Assembly (NCBI GenBank): GCA_020723325.1
Contig: DYJD01000003.1
Location: forward strand, 167,822-231,821
Reading direction: 5' to 3'
DNA from: Desulfosudis oleivorans
Lineage (GTDB): Bacteria > Desulfobacterota > Desulfobacteria > Desulfobacterales > SURF-7
DNA: 64,000 bases
Shown: piece after piece, positions 26,532-35,712 of the stretch
How positions within the stretch are numbered: position 1 is the stretch's first letter
How the letters are laid out: every line of letters begins with the position of its first letter
Notes under the pieces: generated by a model
Told to the model about the DNA's origin: nothing
What the model saw: only the letters and a program-made list of their open reading frames with translations
Databases searched by the model: none
Program-made: the position numbers and the translations under genes

Positions 26532-26637
26532 ATAAAATAATTCCAAATTACATGCCAGACGCGGGATATACTATAGCGCGCTGTGCTGCGCGGATCTTGG
26601 CTGACGACAACGGGCTTTATGGCTTTCGAACAGGGTT

Positions 26638-27108
26638 TTATGGGCAAAATCTTATCTTCATTGGTTTATCCGAAAATCTGTTTTTAATCAAATTTAGCAG
26701 TTCTGTTTTATGCACTGTAAATTCTTCCGGTTCAATTAAAAATAAAGCATGCTCACGAAGCATCTCAATATTAACTATGTTAGAAGTATAGTCTCCAGTG
26801 CATTTAAGAGAAATATAATGCTCTTCATGGAAATACCATCTTTTACAATTCTTCATATTGCATGAAGGACGATCTAAATTATAATGATACCCATGTGCTT
26901 TTGCAAAATTATCTATAATATCAATGAGTATTTCATAACCGTTTTCGTCGGTTTGAATGTTCAAATCAATATTTTTATCGGCTATTGTATTTACCTCAAG
27001 CTCCATAATATAACGTTGGTTACAAGAGCAAAAAACGATAGTCAGAAAAAAAATGATGAGAAAATAATTTAACCGCCGTCTCAGTCTTAAAAAAAGTAAT
27101 TTTTCCAT
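26638..27108 (-). CDS. hypothetical small secreted/lipoprotein (orphan, AT-rich)
   Basis: 156 aa. The N-terminus MEKLLFLRLRRRLNYFLIIFFLTIVFCSC looks like a signal peptide with a Cys. The gene is visibly more AT-rich than its surroundings, and I recognise no family motif. Confidence 0.5.
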   Translation of the reverse strand: MEKLLFLRLRRRLNYFLIIFFLTIVFCSCNQRYIMELEVNTIADKNIDLNIQTDENGYEILIDIIDNFAKAHGYHYNLDRPSCNMKNCKRWYFHEEHYISLKCTGDYTSNIVNIEMLREHALFLIEPEEFTVHKTELLNLIKNRFSDKPMKIRFCP

Positions 27109-27247
27109 AAGTCAGACCTTATGTAAGTTATTACCATTGATTTGCCTCCAAAATTTGGAAGAGGTGTTAAGCACTGAGTTAGAATTATCAGAAAGGAAAT
27201 GAAATAAGCAAGGCAAATTCAATTGTTTTGATCCCGCATGAGCGCCA

Positions 27248-28057
27248 ATGAAAAACGAACGAGAAAAAACAAAATTTAAATGGAATGCCGATGATTATGC
27301 CCGACATTCAGGCGTTCAACAAGAATGGGCCAGGGAGTTAATCACAAAGCTCAACTTGAGGGGCGATGAATCGCTGCTGGATGTGGGGTGTGGAGATGGA
27401 AAGGTTACTGCCGAAATAGCAAACCATCTGAAGGCCGGTAGCGTGGTAGGTGTCGACAGTTCGGAAGGAATGATCGATCTCGCCAAAAGGAATTTTCCGA
27501 TTCACGAATACCCGAATCTTAAATTCCAAATGCAAGATGCGCGGGAGCTGTCGTTTAACCAGGATTTTGATGTGGTCTTCTCCAATGCTGCTCTGCACTG
27601 GGTGCTTGACCACCGGCCTGTTCTCCAGGGGATTTATCGCGCTCTTAAATCCAATGGCCGTGTGGTTGCTCAAATGGGCGGCAAGGGCAATGCCGCATTG
27701 GTAATTGGTGTAGTCAATGCAATCATAACGCAAGGCCAATGGAAAAAGTTTTTTGAAAATTTTGCTTTTCCCTATGGCTTCTATTCCCCGGAGGAATATG
27801 CACCCTGGCTGCATGCTGCGGGATTTAGCGCTGTCAGTCTGGAACTCAAGCCCAAAGACATGGTTCATGAAAATATCGAGAAGTTTAAAGGGTGGGTACG
27901 AACCACTTGGTTGCCCTATCTCCAACGCATTCCCGAAAGATTGCAGGAGTTATTCATTAATGAAGTAACGGAAAAATATCTCCAAATAAATCCTCCGGAT
28001 CAAAGTGGAAAAATTCACACGGTAATGCAGCGGTTGGAGTATGAGGCCATCAAATAA
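27248..28057 (+). CDS. class I SAM-dependent methyltransferase (trans-aconitate methyltransferase-like)
   Basis: N-terminus KWNADDYARHSGVQQEWARELI, SAM motif I LLDVGCGDGKVT, and FDVVFSNAALHW. Confidence 0.8.
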   Translation: MKNEREKTKFKWNADDYARHSGVQQEWARELITKLNLRGDESLLDVGCGDGKVTAEIANHLKAGSVVGVDSSEGMIDLAKRNFPIHEYPNLKFQMQDARELSFNQDFDVVFSNAALHWVLDHRPVLQGIYRALKSNGRVVAQMGGKGNAALVIGVVNAIITQGQWKKFFENFAFPYGFYSPEEYAPWLHAAGFSAVSLELKPKDMVHENIEKFKGWVRTTWLPYLQRIPERLQELFINEVTEKYLQINPPDQSGKIHTVMQRLEYEAIK

Positions 28058-28063
28058 AAAATC

Positions 28064-28143
28064 GGCCTTGGTCATCGTTTCGGCCTTATCGCCACTGGAA
28101 GCCGCTCCCACAGTGGAGGATGGCCGAAACGATAATCAAGGCC
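28064..28143 (-). repeat. family-2 intergenic palindromic element, copy 2 (best preserved)
   Basis: GGCCTTGGTCATCGTTTCGGCC-ttatcgccactggaagccgctcccacagtggagga-tGGCCGAAACGATAATCAAGGCC. The 22-nt arms pair at 20/22 positions around the conserved core, which is inverted relative to copy 1. Confidence 0.85.
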
Positions 28144-28166
28144 AAAAAATCAAACTTGATAATCAT

Positions 28167-29006
28167 TTGAACAGCCGCTGGAAATCCATCAAGTTTATCA
28201 TCGCAATGATAATTGTTCTGATTGGGGGCCGACCACCCCTGGCCTTTTCGAGCAATGCAGGGTTGCTCACGGGTAATGCTGTCGAGGTGTTTCGCCGCGC
28301 GCAAAGTGGGCGTTGGTTTGCGGATGCACATAAATTAGAGCCTGATATTATTCCAACATCAGACGGCCAAAGCTTTCTTGTGGTGTGGCAAGGGACTGAA
28401 AAAGCCCCCAAGCGCTGGATTGTTTCCATCCATGGCAGCCGGGGCTTTGCCACGGACGATCTCGCCATCTGGCATCCGCATCTCAAGAACCGTGATGTTG
28501 GATTGATATGCCTGCAATGGTGGATCGGAACAGATGATACCAATAAGTCCTACTATATGCCGATGCAGATCTATCGCGAAATCGATATCGCGCTTCAGAA
28601 GATAGGCGCTTCACCTGGTAAGGTTATGCTCCACGGCTTCAGCCGCGGTTCGGCCAATTCCTATGCCATTACCGCCCTTGACTTCGGCCGGGGCAAGCGT
28701 TATTTCTCTCTTTCTGTTGCCAGCTCCGGAGGGGTCGGGCTGGATTATCCGTCGAATCGTGCCATTCTCACAGGTGCCTTTGGTGACCACCCGCTAAGAA
28801 ATACCCGCTGGATAACCGTGGCCGGCGCCCATGATCCAAACCCGGAGCGTGACGGCATTGCCGGAATGCGACGGGCAGCGACCTGGCTAAAGGAACAGGG
28901 CGCAATTGTCATTGAAAGCATTGAAGATCCCAATGAAGGCCATGGCGCGCTGCAGCGCAATGCAAATAATGCGAGGCGGGTCCTTGATTTATTTTTTAAA
29001 GAATAG
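28167..29006 (+). CDS. secreted alpha/beta-hydrolase-fold esterase-like protein
   Basis: Nucleophile-elbow-like motif HGFSRGS, plus WIVSIHGSRGF and a signal-like N-terminus (SRWKSIKFIIAMIIVLIGG). The ORF track starts at 28041, but that stretch is the palindromic repeat, so I favour TTG 28167 or ATG 28206. The start is uncertain. Confidence 0.55.
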   Translation: MNSRWKSIKFIIAMIIVLIGGRPPLAFSSNAGLLTGNAVEVFRRAQSGRWFADAHKLEPDIIPTSDGQSFLVVWQGTEKAPKRWIVSIHGSRGFATDDLAIWHPHLKNRDVGLICLQWWIGTDDTNKSYYMPMQIYREIDIALQKIGASPGKVMLHGFSRGSANSYAITALDFGRGKRYFSLSVASSGGVGLDYPSNRAILTGAFGDHPLRNTRWITVAGAHDPNPERDGIAGMRRAATWLKEQGAIVIESIEDPNEGHGALQRNANNARRVLDLFFKE

Positions 29007-29008
29007 CC

Positions 29009-29293
29009 ATGAGGAGCGGCCTGATGAAAAATAAGGTCTTGTTGATTCTTTTGATCGTTCTTGGCCTGTTTTGTGTCTTGATCTTTCGATCTGATATTGT
29101 TCTGAAGCCGGGAAGAATACTTATGAGCTACAAATGGAATGGATTCGGCTTTTCAGGAATCAAGGAGTACAAGACACCCCAGACCGGACAACATTTATCC
29201 CTTCGCAACGGCAATATCCTTTTAGTGGACGCCCACGGCACTATTGTTCAAGAAATCCCGATTAATTACTTCACCCCTGACAACATGTTTTGA
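29009..29293 (+). CDS. small hypothetical membrane-anchored protein
   Basis: 94 aa with an N-terminal helix MKNKVLLILLIVLGLFCVLIF. It starts 2 nt after the hydrolase stop and overlaps the convergent crotonase 3' end by 28 nt. Confidence 0.35.
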   Translation: MRSGLMKNKVLLILLIVLGLFCVLIFRSDIVLKPGRILMSYKWNGFGFSGIKEYKTPQTGQHLSLRNGNILLVDAHGTIVQEIPINYFTPDNMF

Positions 29294-29979
29294 AATGGAA
29301 TATCATGTTCAATAACAAAGGATTCCTCAAATCCAAGTTCCGAATTGTTATTTAAATAACTTTTCACAACCTTCAGTGTATCCAGTGGCGCTTCCAAAAT
29401 GGTTTTTCCGATCTGAACAGCCCTATCCAACAAATGAGCTTCATCCACAATTTCACTGACCAGGCACAGGCGCAGGGCTTCTTTTGCATCGATCTTTCTG
29501 CCGGTCAAACAGAGATCCCGAGCCATGGCATGGCCTACAATCCAGCGCAACGGTGTATACAGCGGCGGAGCCCCGAATTTGATCTCCGGATGGCCGAATA
29601 CAGCCGACGCCGTACAAATCCGGATATCGCAAAGCGTGGTTAAATCAAACCCCCCGCCCAAGGCATTATTGGCTATGGCCGCAATGGTGGGTTTGGGAAA
29701 ATGCCAAACATCCCGGTGATACGCAGCGGAAGACTGATAAACATCCTTTAATAGTTCCGGCCGGCTGAATTCTTTTAAATCAAAACCGGCTGAAAATGTG
29801 TTGCCGGCACCGGTGAAAATGACCACGCCCACGTCCGTCGCCGCCATCCAGTTTTTTAGACAGGCAGATATCTCCTCTCTCATTTTGATGGAAAGGGCAT
29901 TGCGTTTATCCGGTCGATTCAAGGTGATTGTTCCGATTCTGTCGCTTGTTACTTGGGTTAAAATTGTTTCAAAATTCAT
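29266..29979 (-). CDS. enoyl-CoA hydratase/isomerase (crotonase) family protein
   Basis: GTITLNRPDKRNAL, FTGAGNTFSAGFDLKEF and ALGGGFDL match the oxyanion-hole motifs. Confidence 0.85.
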   Translation of the reverse strand: MNFETILTQVTSDRIGTITLNRPDKRNALSIKMREEISACLKNWMAATDVGVVIFTGAGNTFSAGFDLKEFSRPELLKDVYQSSAAYHRDVWHFPKPTIAAIANNALGGGFDLTTLCDIRICTASAVFGHPEIKFGAPPLYTPLRWIVGHAMARDLCLTGRKIDAKEALRLCLVSEIVDEAHLLDRAVQIGKTILEAPLDTLKVVKSYLNNNSELGFEESFVIEHDIPFQNMLSGVK

Positions 29980-30083
29980 CAGTTACCTCCAGATTTTTTT
30001 TGTCTTAACTGGCCTTCAACTACTGATACAGCTTCTAAAGACTGTTTGTGACAAAATGCGCCGACACCGGATAAAAAAAAGGC

Positions 30084-31295
30084 CTAATTCAAAATAGAAA
30101 CCGTAGCCCTGAATTTCACAACAAACGGGAAGCTCAAAACATCGTTTTCAAAATCATGATATGTAGTGTTGTTCCATAGCAAAACACCAGGTAGTATTTC
30201 AGCGCCGATTTGCAGTTTTTTGTGTTGGACCAAGTGCAGACCGATACCGGCAGACAATTCAACGGCGCCGGTATTGTCGTTGCGTATAGTGGAGTTACCG
30301 ACTTGAATTGGATTTTCATAGGACCAGAACAAATGATTATACGCCAGTCCGAGAACAAAATATTGACCCAGGAAGGTATGGCGGGGGGTTGTAAAAAATT
30401 TATAATTGCCCCCAATGCTGAACCCACCCAAACCATGGTCGATGGACTGATCCAAGGTGCTGGTTTTTCTTATCGGCACCCACACCCCGCTCAAGTAAAT
30501 TTCCAAACGAGAATGCTCATCCAGATAGTCTCCCACACCGATCTGTAAGTGATTCCATTTTTCAAAATCAGCGCCCCGGATCAATCCGCTGCCACCACCC
30601 AAGATGACAAATGAATCCTTTTTCCGTTCTTGTTCGTCGTTTACTGGTTGATGGGTAGCTTTGGACTTTATGATTGGCGGCGCTTCCTGCTCCGCTTCCA
30701 TGTCGTTTTGTGCATCCAATTTCTGCTTTTCGATGGGAGTAAGTTCCAATTGCTCCATATTTCCCTCCGGCTCTGGAGAATCAGGGGGCGTTTCTGCTTT
30801 GAAAATATGAGTGTTCTGGGGCGGGGGTTGCAGATCACTTTCATCACTAACTTGCGGCTGCGTTGATTCTTGTTCACTGAAATTTGGACCCGCCAATTGA
30901 TCCGGCATTGGCTCTTCTTCCATTGAATCTTCTTCTTCTTCTTCAGTCTCATAACCGGGGAATGTCTGTTGATTTTTTTTCTGTGAATATTCGTAGTCTG
31001 TCCTTTCTTCGGGCTCCCCAAGGGTGATGTCCAACAGAGAAAACAGGCAGCTTCCACCGGATGAAGAAGAACCGGATTCCTTTGTTCTATGCTTCTGGTT
31101 CGAATATCTTTCCTGTGAATTGTGTCTTGTTCTATTGGTTCTGTCATCTGAATGTCTGTCCGAGGCTTTTTTCATGGCATCGCTCAATTTCCCACGGGAA
31201 TGGCCACCAGAAGCGCACCCGTAGAAAAACGGGGATAGCTGGATCAACAAGAATACCATGAACAAAGCGCGATAAAAATTCCGAGCCGGTAACAT
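30084..31295 (-). CDS. putative lipoprotein with acidic low-complexity linker and C-terminal beta-barrel-like domain
   Basis: Signal/lipobox-like region LLIQLSPFFYGCASGG, a long S/E/D/Q/P-rich tract (…GYETEEEEEDSMEEEPMPDQ…) and a C-terminal ~180 aa with an alternating hydrophobic pattern. Confidence 0.5.
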   Translation of the reverse strand: MLPARNFYRALFMVFLLIQLSPFFYGCASGGHSRGKLSDAMKKASDRHSDDRTNRTRHNSQERYSNQKHRTKESGSSSSGGSCLFSLLDITLGEPEERTDYEYSQKKNQQTFPGYETEEEEEDSMEEEPMPDQLAGPNFSEQESTQPQVSDESDLQPPPQNTHIFKAETPPDSPEPEGNMEQLELTPIEKQKLDAQNDMEAEQEAPPIIKSKATHQPVNDEQERKKDSFVILGGGSGLIRGADFEKWNHLQIGVGDYLDEHSRLEIYLSGVWVPIRKTSTLDQSIDHGLGGFSIGGNYKFFTTPRHTFLGQYFVLGLAYNHLFWSYENPIQVGNSTIRNDNTGAVELSAGIGLHLVQHKKLQIGAEILPGVLLWNNTTYHDFENDVLSFPFVVKFRATVSILN

Positions 31296-31698
31296 TTCAC
31301 TGATCTCCCATGGTTTCAGCTATGAATTCGATTGAATATTATATGCTTCAGTTCAAAAACCTTCAGCCTAATAACCTGACTTAAATAACTTCTAAAAAGC
31401 CGCTGATTGTCTTCCCAGATAAGACAGTCTTGTCCAACAATACAATACCCTCTGCTTTAAATTATGCGTAATTTTTTTTCTGGTATTCATATCTTACTTA
31501 ATTAACGATAAATATTTATCACATGAAAGACTTTGACAAGTTGGCATCCTTCTTGATTGTTTTTATGAATAAATGGAGCATTGCCGTGATGCCTGAATAG
31601 AACCGCATTAACATCAGTTCTAAAAGTGTTCAAGTCCGTCTTGATCGTACTGCTCCTAAATTCCATATGAATTGTCGCGAAAAAACAGGAGACGGACC

Positions 31699-32847
31699 AT
31701 GATGATCCCCGAAAAAAATCAAAACCCCAATGTTGTCCCGATTGATTCCAGTCACCTGTCAATGCTGGAACTGGAAATACACGCCCATAAGCGCAAGCAT
31801 GCTGATGACTTCCGGCAGGATGACGGGAAATGGACTTCCGGCAAACCCTCCGAAATCCTCAGTTGGGATGACATGCTGGATATGGTGGTATTGATCGACC
31901 CGGCCGGAGGCGTGCTCACGGCCAATGCAAGTTTTTATCGCACCATGGGGAGGATGAGAGGCCAAGGCACTCCATTGCGGTTCACCGACCTGGTGCATCC
32001 GCCGGATGTTCCCAAAGTGGAACGCTCCCTGATTCAGGCGCTTCATTTTGAGAAAGCTGTCAGCGGGCTTGAATTCCGGATTGCGATGCAAGACCGGATC
32101 ATGGATGTGGAATGCAATGCCGCAGGGGTCATCCGTGATAGACAGCTTGTCGGCTACCAACTGGTTGTCAGGGACATTACCGGCCGGAAATTGCTGGAGA
32201 GGGATCATGCCAAGGCCATCACCATTATAGGATTGGCCAAACTGGCTGAATTCCGGGATGAGGACACCGGTGCCCATCTGGAAAGAATCCGTGAATACTC
32301 GAGGATTTTGGCCAATGAGCTGAGTGACAAACCCAAATTTAAAGGCTATATCGACAGCGGCTATGTGGAGGACCTGTTTCAATCTTCGACCCTGCATGAT
32401 ATCGGCAAGGTGGGCATATCCGACCGAATTTTGTTGAAACCCGGCAAACTGACCGAAGAAGAATTCAATCTCATCAAACAGCATCCCCAGCTCGGCGGCG
32501 ATGTGCTCAGCAAGATCGACCGGCAGGTGGACAGCCGCTCCTTTCTCACCTTGGGAAAACAGATCGCCTATTATCACCATGAAAAATGGAACGGGACCGG
32601 GTACAGCAGCGGTCTGATGGGGGAGGCCATCCCGCTTTCCGCCAGAATCGTTGCCCTGGCCGATGTATACGACGCCCTGACCTCACGGAGATCTTATAAG
32701 GCAGCCTTCAGCCATGAAAAAGCCGGGGAAATCATTGCTGCTGAAAAGGGTACGCATTTTGATCCTGACATCGCGGATGCCTTCTTGGCCTGTGAAGGGG
32801 AATTCAACAAAATCCGAGGCAGCATGGGGGAAGCGGCAGTGGAATAA
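31699..32847 (+). CDS. PAS-domain HD-GYP phosphohydrolase (c-di-GMP phosphodiesterase family), copy 1
   Basis: HDIGKVGISDRILLKPGKLTEEEF…YHHEKWNGTGYSSGL are the HD and GYP motifs. AGGAGA lies 7 nt upstream of ATG 31699; the ORF track begins at TTG 31672. Confidence 0.85.
   Translation: MMIPEKNQNPNVVPIDSSHLSMLELEIHAHKRKHADDFRQDDGKWTSGKPSEILSWDDMLDMVVLIDPAGGVLTANASFYRTMGRMRGQGTPLRFTDLVHPPDVPKVERSLIQALHFEKAVSGLEFRIAMQDRIMDVECNAAGVIRDRQLVGYQLVVRDITGRKLLERDHAKAITIIGLAKLAEFRDEDTGAHLERIREYSRILANELSDKPKFKGYIDSGYVEDLFQSSTLHDIGKVGISDRILLKPGKLTEEEFNLIKQHPQLGGDVLSKIDRQVDSRSFLTLGKQIAYYHHEKWNGTGYSSGLMGEAIPLSARIVALADVYDALTSRRSYKAAFSHEKAGEIIAAEKGTHFDPDIADAFLACEGEFNKIRGSMGEAAVE
31758..32847 (+). repeat. direct repeat unit 1 of the HD-GYP gene pair (873 bp identical, then ~12% diverged)
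   Basis: 31758-32630 is base-for-base identical to 35713-36585 in every line I compared. From 32631/36586 to the stop codons I count 27 substitutions, of which 4 change an amino acid and 1 is in the stop codon. Confidence 0.9.
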
Positions 32848-33089
32848 ACATCTTTTTTATGAGCCCACGTCTTTGTAATCCGTAAAATCAAAATTTTCGA
32901 CCTCCCGCACTCCAAATGGGGGCGAATTAACTCAAATCAAAACGGTTATCCCTTTTCTTTCCACTCCGCCCTCTCTCAAAGGCGGTTCGCCGACAGAGCG
33001 ATCTGAGGCGTCCCGCCGGTGGATAGCGACGGTTCGCGAACCGCCCTTATGGCAAGGCCATCGCTTTGATTCTCAGGGTCAGCAGGCCT

Positions 33090-33127
33090 CCCTGGCTCTT
33101 CGGGGTCGGGGGTGCCCATTTTTTTTT
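33090..33127 (+). terminator. candidate Rho-independent terminator (9-bp stem, UUCG loop, T9 run)
   Basis: CCCTGGCTC-TTCG-GGGTCGGGG (33090-33111; three G-U pairs), then gtgccca, then a T9 run at 33119-33127. It lies ~245 nt after the HD-GYP copy 1 stop, at the end of a GC-rich structured stretch. Confidence 0.4.
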
Positions 33128-33565
33128 CGATACCGATTCCCATACCAAATAACGCCCCCGAAAAGAAACTACATGCCATTGCCCTGCCCCCGTGCCTCTA
33201 TTTGGAGACGGCTTATAACTATAATTGGTAATTGACGCACAATTTAACCTATAATATATAGTGGAAATCTTTTTGATATTCAATTCTTTGTGCCCAGGGA
33301 TAGTTCGTCGCACCTCCTCTCGGAGGGCATGATCACCTGGATGTGGGCTGGAACCAACAGCCCAAACTGACAAGTCTCCCAAATAATTATTGGCTGGGGG
33401 CTGGGAAATATAATCGGAATAATATCTCGAAAGCAGCACTAGGTTAAACTACCTAATTCAAATGAGAGGTATTGAGCTGCGCTTATTATTCGTTTGACCT
33501 GTCATTATAAACAGTTGGGCATCTTAGTTTTAGTATCTCAATAGATATCAATAGGATACACAAAT

Positions 33566-35584
33566 ATGTATAATGAAAAAACATTCAGAGAATTGAAACA
33601 AAGAATCATCGCGCTTGAGCGAGAGATATCCAACCATAAACAGACAGAAAAAATCCTGAGGGAAAAAAGTGACCTGTATCAAAAACTGTTGAACAACAGC
33701 AAGATTGTCACATACAGGCGCGAGCCGTCTGGGCAGTTTCCCATTACATTTATCAGCGAAAATATTTTCAAGTTATGTGGATATCAAAAAGAGACACTTA
33801 CCGATGATCCACAATTCTGGTCTGATCGCATTCATCCTGATGACAAGCAGCAAGTATTTTCCGATATGGCCTATCTCTTGGAGAAAGGTTGCTGCAGTCA
33901 TGATTATCGGTTTTTGCATGGTGATGGGATGTATCGCTGGGTACACGATGAGTTGGTTTTGATTCGGAATAAAGAGGGCCGCCCTGTGGATATTCTCGGT
34001 AATTGTTTGGACATTAGCGATCTCCAAAAGACGAAGGAGGCCGTAGATAAAACGCTGCTGCTTTTAAAGGCGAGTGTTGAGACGCTCAAAGGTGTTATTA
34101 TTTTTGCAATCGACACAGAATACCGGTATCTCTTTTTCAACGAAGTGCACAGAAAGGGCATGCGTGATGCCTATGGCACTGAGATTGCGGTTGGGAAAAA
34201 TATTCTTGATTGCATTGCAAAAAATTTTGACAGGCAAAAAGCCAAAACGGATTTTGACCGAGCACTAGCCGGGGAGAACCATATTTCGATTCATGAATAT
34301 GGTGAAATCCTTAAAGCATATTACGAAATTATTTTTAACCCCATCGTGAATGACAAGGGTGATATTATCGGAACCATTACCATTGCAACTGATATCACCG
34401 AAAGGATGCGTACGGAAAGATCGCTACGACAGATTGAAAAGATCGAAAGTCTCAAATGCATGGCAGGAGCTATCGCCCATCGTTTTAACAATCAACTTGG
34501 CGTGGTGATGGGCAATCTAGAACTCACTCTATCAGGTCTCCAGACTGATTTTACATTGCGTAATAATATCCAAAAGGCCCTGGAGGCCGCAAGGTGCTCT
34601 GCGGAAACCAGCGGATTGATGCTGGTTTATCTCGGCCAAAGCACAGTTGCTGGAGAACTCATCGATCTTTCCGATGTCTGCAGCCGGTACCTGCCAACCC
34701 TCGATGCATCGATTACAGATACGGTCATCTTTGAAACCGATTTCATGGATGCCGGCCCCATTGTTCTCGCCTCGGCCAGTCAAATGCAGCAGGTTATCGT
34801 CAATTTGATCAGGAATGCCGTCGAAGCCATGGGAAGCAATGATGAAAAGAAAATTATACTGACGACAGGCACTATTTTACCCCATGATCTACCGAAATCT
34901 CATCTGGTACCTCCAGATTTCAAACCCACTGCGAATAGATACGCCTATCTTGAAATCACTGACTCAGGAACTGGAATTGCAGAGGAACATTTAGACAAAC
35001 TTTTTGACCCTTTCTTTTCTACCAGATTCCCGGGGAGAGGGTTGGGCCTGGCGGTATTATTGGGGATCATAACCCAATGGGATGGTGCTGTCCATGTTGA
35101 CAGTAAGACTGGAGGCGGAGCTTCCTTTCGTGTTTTTTTACCGTTACAGGGCAGCGAAGCCATTCCTCTTGCTCCAGAGGCCGCCCCCATTCGATTGGTT
35201 GACAGACCCATGCACAGCGTATTGCTGGTGGAGGATGAAGATACTGTTCGGGAAATGTTTGAGAAATTGCTCGAACACCTTGGCTATTCAGTCCATTCGG
35301 CAAAGAATGGAGCAGGGGCCATCGCGTTTTTTGAGCAGCATCAAAATGAAGTCGGTTGCGTCATCACAGATTTGACCATGCCCGATATGAATGGATGGGC
35401 ACTGATCGCTGCATTGCGGGGGATAGACCCGGATATTCCGATTATACTGGCCAGTGGATACGACGAAACCGATGTTATGGGAGGCAGGCAATCAGAGCGT
35501 CCTCAAGTGTTTCTTCATAAACCATTTATGCTGAACGATCTGAATGCTGCTTTACGAAAGGCTATGGATAAATCCCTAAGCTAA
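33566..35584 (+). CDS. hybrid sensor histidine kinase (coiled coil, PAS domains, HisKA, HATPase, C-terminal receiver)
   Basis: H-box region MAGAIAHRFNNQLGVVMGNLEL, ATPase G-boxes ITDSGTGI and GRGLGLAV, and receiver VLLVEDEDTVREM…ITDLTMPDMNG. Confidence 0.9.
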   Translation: MYNEKTFRELKQRIIALEREISNHKQTEKILREKSDLYQKLLNNSKIVTYRREPSGQFPITFISENIFKLCGYQKETLTDDPQFWSDRIHPDDKQQVFSDMAYLLEKGCCSHDYRFLHGDGMYRWVHDELVLIRNKEGRPVDILGNCLDISDLQKTKEAVDKTLLLLKASVETLKGVIIFAIDTEYRYLFFNEVHRKGMRDAYGTEIAVGKNILDCIAKNFDRQKAKTDFDRALAGENHISIHEYGEILKAYYEIIFNPIVNDKGDIIGTITIATDITERMRTERSLRQIEKIESLKCMAGAIAHRFNNQLGVVMGNLELTLSGLQTDFTLRNNIQKALEAARCSAETSGLMLVYLGQSTVAGELIDLSDVCSRYLPTLDASITDTVIFETDFMDAGPIVLASASQMQQVIVNLIRNAVEAMGSNDEKKIILTTGTILPHDLPKSHLVPPDFKPTANRYAYLEITDSGTGIAEEHLDKLFDPFFSTRFPGRGLGLAVLLGIITQWDGAVHVDSKTGGGASFRVFLPLQGSEAIPLAPEAAPIRLVDRPMHSVLLVEDEDTVREMFEKLLEHLGYSVHSAKNGAGAIAFFEQHQNEVGCVITDLTMPDMNGWALIAALRGIDPDIPIILASGYDETDVMGGRQSERPQVFLHKPFMLNDLNAALRKAMDKSLS

Positions 35585-35712
35585 TCTCGCAAGGGTGCTT
35601 GAGGAACGTAGTGCCCTATCTCGGCTGTTTTCGTTCCAAGCTTTTATATAACCGTTTAACCGAAACAATTTAAAAAATATTTAATATTTAAGATGTGACC
35701 CCTATTCTTTCA

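Noticed and set aside
33343-33363. TGGGCTGGAACCAACAGCCCA, considered as a degenerate fifth copy of the family-2 element core
   Set aside because: Only about 13 of 18 positions match the core (GGCTGGAAGCCGCTCCCA) and no flanking arms are present. The similarity is too weak.
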